Of a DNA stretch of 64,000 bases, positions 61,655 to 64,000 are shown one piece after another. How positions within the stretch are numbered: position 1 is the first letter of the stretch; each line of letters starts with the position of its first letter. This DNA is from Squalus acanthias (Eukaryota): assembly GCA_030390025.1 (NCBI GenBank), contig CM059440.1, forward strand, positions 67,208,001 to 67,272,000, read 5' to 3'. Position numbers and translations under genes: made by a program. The notes under the pieces are model-generated. The model saw nothing but the letters and a program-made list of their open reading frames with translations. It made no database searches and had not been told where the DNA came from.

Positions 61655-62014
61655 CAGGAAACTCTCGTTTAAACGGCACCTAAATATCCGGAATTCTCTA
61701 ATAACCGGCAGAATTCATACTCCGAAAACTACAGTACAGTATACAGTCGTTTATAAGTTTTGTTTTACTGTTAAGTAATTAAAGAGTTATAGATTACCCT
61801 CAACTGGCAGTACTGTACTTAATCAAGCATCTTCCACCATCCATTTAACACAACATTCTGTAGGTGAGTACCCAATTATACTGCACATTTCTTGATTTTT
61901 TTATTTTTGTTTGTTAAAAATAGCCTCGGTAGATATACCTCTCCGTTATCCGGAATTTTTATTCAACTGGCACCATCCCGGTCCCATCGGTGCCGGATAC
62001 GAAAGAGTTTCCTG
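61655..62014 (+). mobile_element. Tigger-derived MITE (duplicate of 43926-44285)
   Basis: Same TIRs, TA TSD and flanks. Confidence 0.95.
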
Positions 62015-64000
62015 TAACACCATCTTCTTCTTCTTTTCGTGTCTTCTCGCTGTTCGGGGAACAGCGTGAAGTAACGGAAGGATTCACAGGTTGATTAACA
62101 GTCTGACTGGCCGCGTTAACGCTCCTTCCATGGCCGTAACCATCTTTATACCAGCTGATAGGGTGGTTAGCCCTATAAGCCGGGAAGGTTTCTGGGCTCC
62201 CCCAACCCATACGATGAGGGGGGGGCCACCCACACCCACCGGATGCAAGTGTCCCGCTGGATGTCAACCCAGAATTCAAAGCCGGAGCTTCGACTCCACT
62301 CGCCGGGACTGTCTGGAGTGGGGTTTGAACCCTGCACCTTCTGGCCCAAAGGCAGGAATGCGCCAAAGGCTCACGCCAATACCACCATAAAGTTAAGCAT
62401 TGAGAATTACAATAAATATTTGATTCTTCAATGTACCACAATGTCTCAGCCTTGGCTGGGTTTTTGCTCACACAGTATTCCAGGGCTATAGTCAAAGTTC
62501 ACCACTGGAGTACAGCTTACCAAGGTTAAGTTTATTGCTTGTATGCAATGTATCACTGATACATTTCAGCAGTTGGCCAAAATGTGTCAGCCTTGGCTCA
62601 ATCGTAGCACTCTTGCCTCTGAGTCAGAAGATTGTGGGTGCAGGTCCCACTTCAGAATCTTGCGTGCATAATCTAGGTGACACTTCAGTGCAGTACAGAT
62701 GAAGTGAGTAGCACATTGGCTGAGGAAAGCGTAAGTAGGAGATAACTACATTACAAATGTAGTGGGAAGCAAATTATGACTATTGGGTAACCATGGAAGA
62801 TCTGTTATAGGGAGGACCCATTGTATTAAAAAATAATAACTTAATATGCAGTTCTAGCAATATTTGATACCTTAAATCTGGAAAAAAGTTATTAATTCTT
62901 GTGTCCTACTCTGTTGCCAATGTATTCTTTGGCAGTACAGAATGGAGATTAATTCTGGACACTTTGCCCAAATATGGCCCTGACATTCTGCAGGACTACC
63001 ACTGGTCTTCCATCATAACTTTGGTAAGAGAGACCAGAGAAAAGGCATAATTGCCTATTTACAATATTTTTCTGGGGGGTTCTTCTTCTTCTTCTTAGGC
63101 AGTCCCTCGGAACCGAGGATGACTTGCTTCCACATTAAGAATGAGTTCTCAGGTGACTGATGAGTCCAATGCGGGACCTACAGTCTCTGTCACAGGTGGG
63201 GCAGACGGTGGTTGAAGGGGCGGGTGGGTGGGGTGCTTGGGTTGACGTGTGCTCTTTGCGCTGCTTGCGCTTGGCTTCCGCTTGCTCCTGGCGAACAGAC
63301 TCGAGGTGTTCGTCGCCTTCCCAGATACTTCTCCTCCACTTTGTGCAGTCTTAGGCCAGGGATTCCCAGGTGTCGGTGGGGATGTTGCACTTTTTCAAGG
63401 AGGCTTTCAGGGTGTCCTTGAAGCGTTTCCTCTGCCCACCTGGGGCTCTCTTGCCGTGTTGCAGCTCCGAGTAGAGCGCTTGTTTTGGGAGTCTCGTATC
63501 AGGCATGCGGACGATGTGACCCATCCATCGGAGCTGATCGAGCGTGGTCAAAGCTTCGATGCTGGGGATGTTGGCCTGAGCGAGAACACTGACGTTGGTG
63601 CGCCTGTCCTACCAATGGATTTGCAGGATCTTGCGGAGGCAGCATTGGTGGTACCTCTGCAGTGCTTTGAGGTGCCTGCTGTACATGATCCATGTCTCTG
63701 AGGCATAAAGGATGGCAGGTATCACCTACTGCTCTGTGGACCATGAGCTTGGTGTCGGGTTTGAGGTCCTGGTCTTCAAACACTCTCTTCCTCAGGCGAC
63801 CGAAGGCTGCACTGGCACACTGAAGGCGGTGTTGGACTGGGGGTTCTTCCAGTCTCTCAGCAAAGTTACGATAGGAGACTGATGGTAGCCCCATGGAACT
63901 TCAGGGCCAGAAATGTTTAGTGCAGTAACCAGCTGGAATAGCAACTGCATTGTTAAACACTTGTTATGGCAGATGTGTTGTGATTGCCATCCACAGGGAC

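Overview
Eukaryotic, repeat-dense vertebrate DNA, most likely from a cartilaginous fish (HE1/V-SINE-like and HER1-like CR1 repeats, abundant Penelope-like elements). The only host gene family present is a B7/butyrophilin-like IgV-IgC-TM receptor. Copy A is intact (coding exons 220-277, 1024-1377, 2951-3238, 3866-4044; 292 aa). Paralog B is a pseudogene, with its leader exon at ~27.86 kb and its remaining exons at 54.46-56.95 kb; a partial duplicate of B lies at 36.7-39.2 kb. The main structural finding is an ~18 kb insertion (35997-53980). It is capped at both ends by outward-facing Penelope 3' termini carrying hammerhead ribozyme motifs, bounded by a 10-bp target-site duplication (TTGCTAATAG), and its cargo is a ~99% identical copy of the adjacent downstream genomic DNA, which suggests a Penelope-initiated segmental duplication. 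Also present: an intact Mag-like Ty3/gypsy element with identical LTRs whose PBS is complementary to its own LTR instead of a tRNA (candidate self-priming); an intact Tigger/pogo transposon with its MITE; a chimeric ERV with two different env-like regions; a Harbinger Myb/SANT gene; and many LINE/SINE fragments. All family assignments come from motif recognition by eye; no database searches were run.
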